DNA from: Tubiluchus corallicola
Taxonomy: Eukaryota; Animalia; Priapulida
DNA: 22,059 nt
Assembly: GCA_030141605.1 (NCBI GenBank)
Contig: JAQGDQ010001893.1
Coordinates: forward strand, 1-22,059
Direction: 5' to 3'
In this document: positions 20,567-22,059 of the stretch, in pieces
How positions within the stretch are numbered: the stretch's first letter is position 1
Layout: each line of letters begins with the position of its first letter
Position numbers and translations under genes: made by a program
The notes under the pieces: generated by a model
Databases searched by the model: none
Told to the model about the DNA's origin: nothing
What the model saw: the letters and a program-made list of their open reading frames with translations, nothing else

Positions 20567-20587
20567 CTGTCCACCTGGCTTCGACAT
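20567..20587 (-). CDS. Candidate first coding exon of the caveolin-like unit (MSKPGGQ)
   Basis: ATG at 20587 and donor CAG|GTGGGT at 20567/20566, 26 bp from the array edge. Phase 0, in frame with the 16828 exon. Lacks the usual caveolin RDP motif. Confidence 0.45.
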
Positions 20588-20635
20588 AATTATAACTGAC
20601 CGTGATGTAACTCTTATATATATATACTCTTATAT

Positions 20636-21010
20636 CAGGGGCGTGCAAATTGCGGCCCGCGGGCCACTTGCGGCCCGCGAAAAGATTTGCCAACCTAATG
20701 AAAGTGCGGCCCGGGCGATTAATTGAGTGTATCCAGCTGAAGTCCGCGCCACGATCCCAAAGATAGTGCGGGTAGTTTTTTTCTACTAGATCGGATGCCC
20801 TTACAAGACGGTTGTAGCTTAATGTCACTGTACTACACAGACTGTGTGATACACATTACTAATATGCATTGTAACGAAATTACCACTATCTGTCCTGAAA
20901 GTAGAAATATATGGTTTGTAATATAAATTTTAATAACTTCTAAAATAGGTTCTTGAGTGTAGTAGTAATGATGTACGCAGGTCGGATGCAAAAAAAATCG
21001 TTATTAGGCC
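20636..21010. mobile_element. Truncated copy of the same hAT MITE family as 8387-8755, opposite orientation
   Basis: Starts CAGGGGCGTGCAAATTGCGGCCCGCGGGCCACTTGCGGCCC and is collinear with the reverse complement of ~8755-8485 (e.g. AAAGATAGTGCGGGTAGTTTTT; ATATGGTTTGTAATATAAATTTTAATAACTTCTAAAATAG). Second TIR not found. Confidence 0.88.
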
Positions 21011-21677
21011 ATACCAAAAGTAAGTTACACATAAAAAGTAATGCAGTAATAGCTGCTGGAGTCCATGCTACGCGCATGCGCATACGTTTTGGCATCCATT
21101 GGTGACAGAAACCTGATTATTGACAGTTACTTGGGACCCACATTGTAATGCCACCTGTAGTAATCATACTTAGCTGTGAAGTCCTTAAAGCACAAGGAAA
21201 CCCTCCACTTACACAAAGCCGAAAAGATTCGTCTCGAAATTTTATACCCCTTACATACTGCCTTTTCGTATGCAGGACTTCAATCGGCAGTCACGCTGTA
21301 TAAAACGTGTAAATTTAAACTCCCGCGATGACCGTTAGGCGCAGCCATTTTAATGGCAGGTCATTTGAAACAAGTTTTGATAACATTAAGTAAAGTTTGA
21401 AAAAATAATCAGAGCATTCGTAGCAGTACATGTTGTTAATTAAGTAAAATTTTAAATTATTGCATCTTCTCAATAAGATTAAAAAATACTTTTTTCGGCT
21501 AGTGAGTGGCGCACCCTGGAGGGTGAGTCAGCGACATTTTAACAATTGGCACGAAGAATTTAAATTATTAGTCTAGTTACATAAGTGTTTCCAGCAGGTA
21601 CGCGATAAGAAAAGTAATATAGATTTGCACGGAAAGTTTATTGGGTCATAATTTAACATTTCCTTTCTTCCCCTGAT

Positions 21678-21715
21678 TTACGTGGCGTAGTGACGTCACG
21701 TAATGGCGCCGTCGA
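21678..21715. promoter_or_regulatory. CpG-rich motif cluster: palindromic CRE (GTGACGTCAC) next to a YY1-like AATGGCG
   Basis: TGACGTCA at 21691-21698 and AATGGCG at 21702-21708. Could equally be internal to a degraded transposon. Confidence 0.3.
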
Positions 21716-22059
21716 AACAGTGTTGTGGGAGATTTAAAATGAAAACAAACAAAAATTCCTTTCAGCGCGAATACGATATGTGCATAAAATTGCTGTAAAA
21801 TAGTGTAATTTTTAAGGCGATTTTTCTGAAGCCTACTTCAGGTGCCCCTTTTCTTGTCCTTCAATACAAGTACCACAAACTTTCTTATAAAACATTTTAA
21901 CAAGGAATTATAATACTTAAGGTCCATAATAACAGAATTCGTTCATTTTACACTATTAGGAAAGTATTAAAAATGACAAACTTTTCTATACGCACGCTTT
22001 ACTTAGAAATATATAACAACAAGGACTTTTGCTAAAATTTACGATAAAACCAGGATAAA

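Noticed and set aside
17009-20828. Many MFKDGSLPRFAG... ORFs
   Set aside because: Translations of the 53-bp satellite. The 267-aa ORF simply runs through a MITE into the array.
21180-21852. Possible degraded Kolobok-like or other DNA element around the CRE motif
   Set aside because: No matching TIR pair or TTAA duplication could be established by eye.

Overview
AT-rich eukaryotic (animal, probably invertebrate) genomic DNA, not prokaryotic. About 40% of it is four intronic or intergenic minisatellite arrays (~92, 17, 29 and 53 bp monomers), which generate most of the ORF track as artefacts. Reading the minus strand by hand shows three co-oriented coding units. (1) Exons 1-3 of SEPSECS, the selenocysteine-synthesising O-phosphoseryl-tRNA(Sec) selenium transferase (9495-9376, 6922-6768, 3696-3578; the gene continues past the left edge). 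(2) A 359-aa single-coding-exon type I membrane protein (14374-13295) with a 12-Cys ectodomain, YAEP and LPPPP motifs and a WASP-like acidic-Trp C-terminus. (3) A caveolin-signature exon (16828-16744, GFDDIIAEP) with a probable 7-codon first exon (20587-20567) but no recognisable membrane-hairpin exons. The most unusual features are the SEPSECS intron 2 array, made of ~170 tandem copies of the 5' splice site itself; the near absence of sense-strand YAG acceptors in the other three arrays; the candidate actin-recruiting receptor; and a possible caveolin-fragment/receptor chimeric transcript. Several MITEs (hAT-like, piggyBac-like), a LINE 3' remnant and microsatellites are also present. All calls were made by eye, without database searches.
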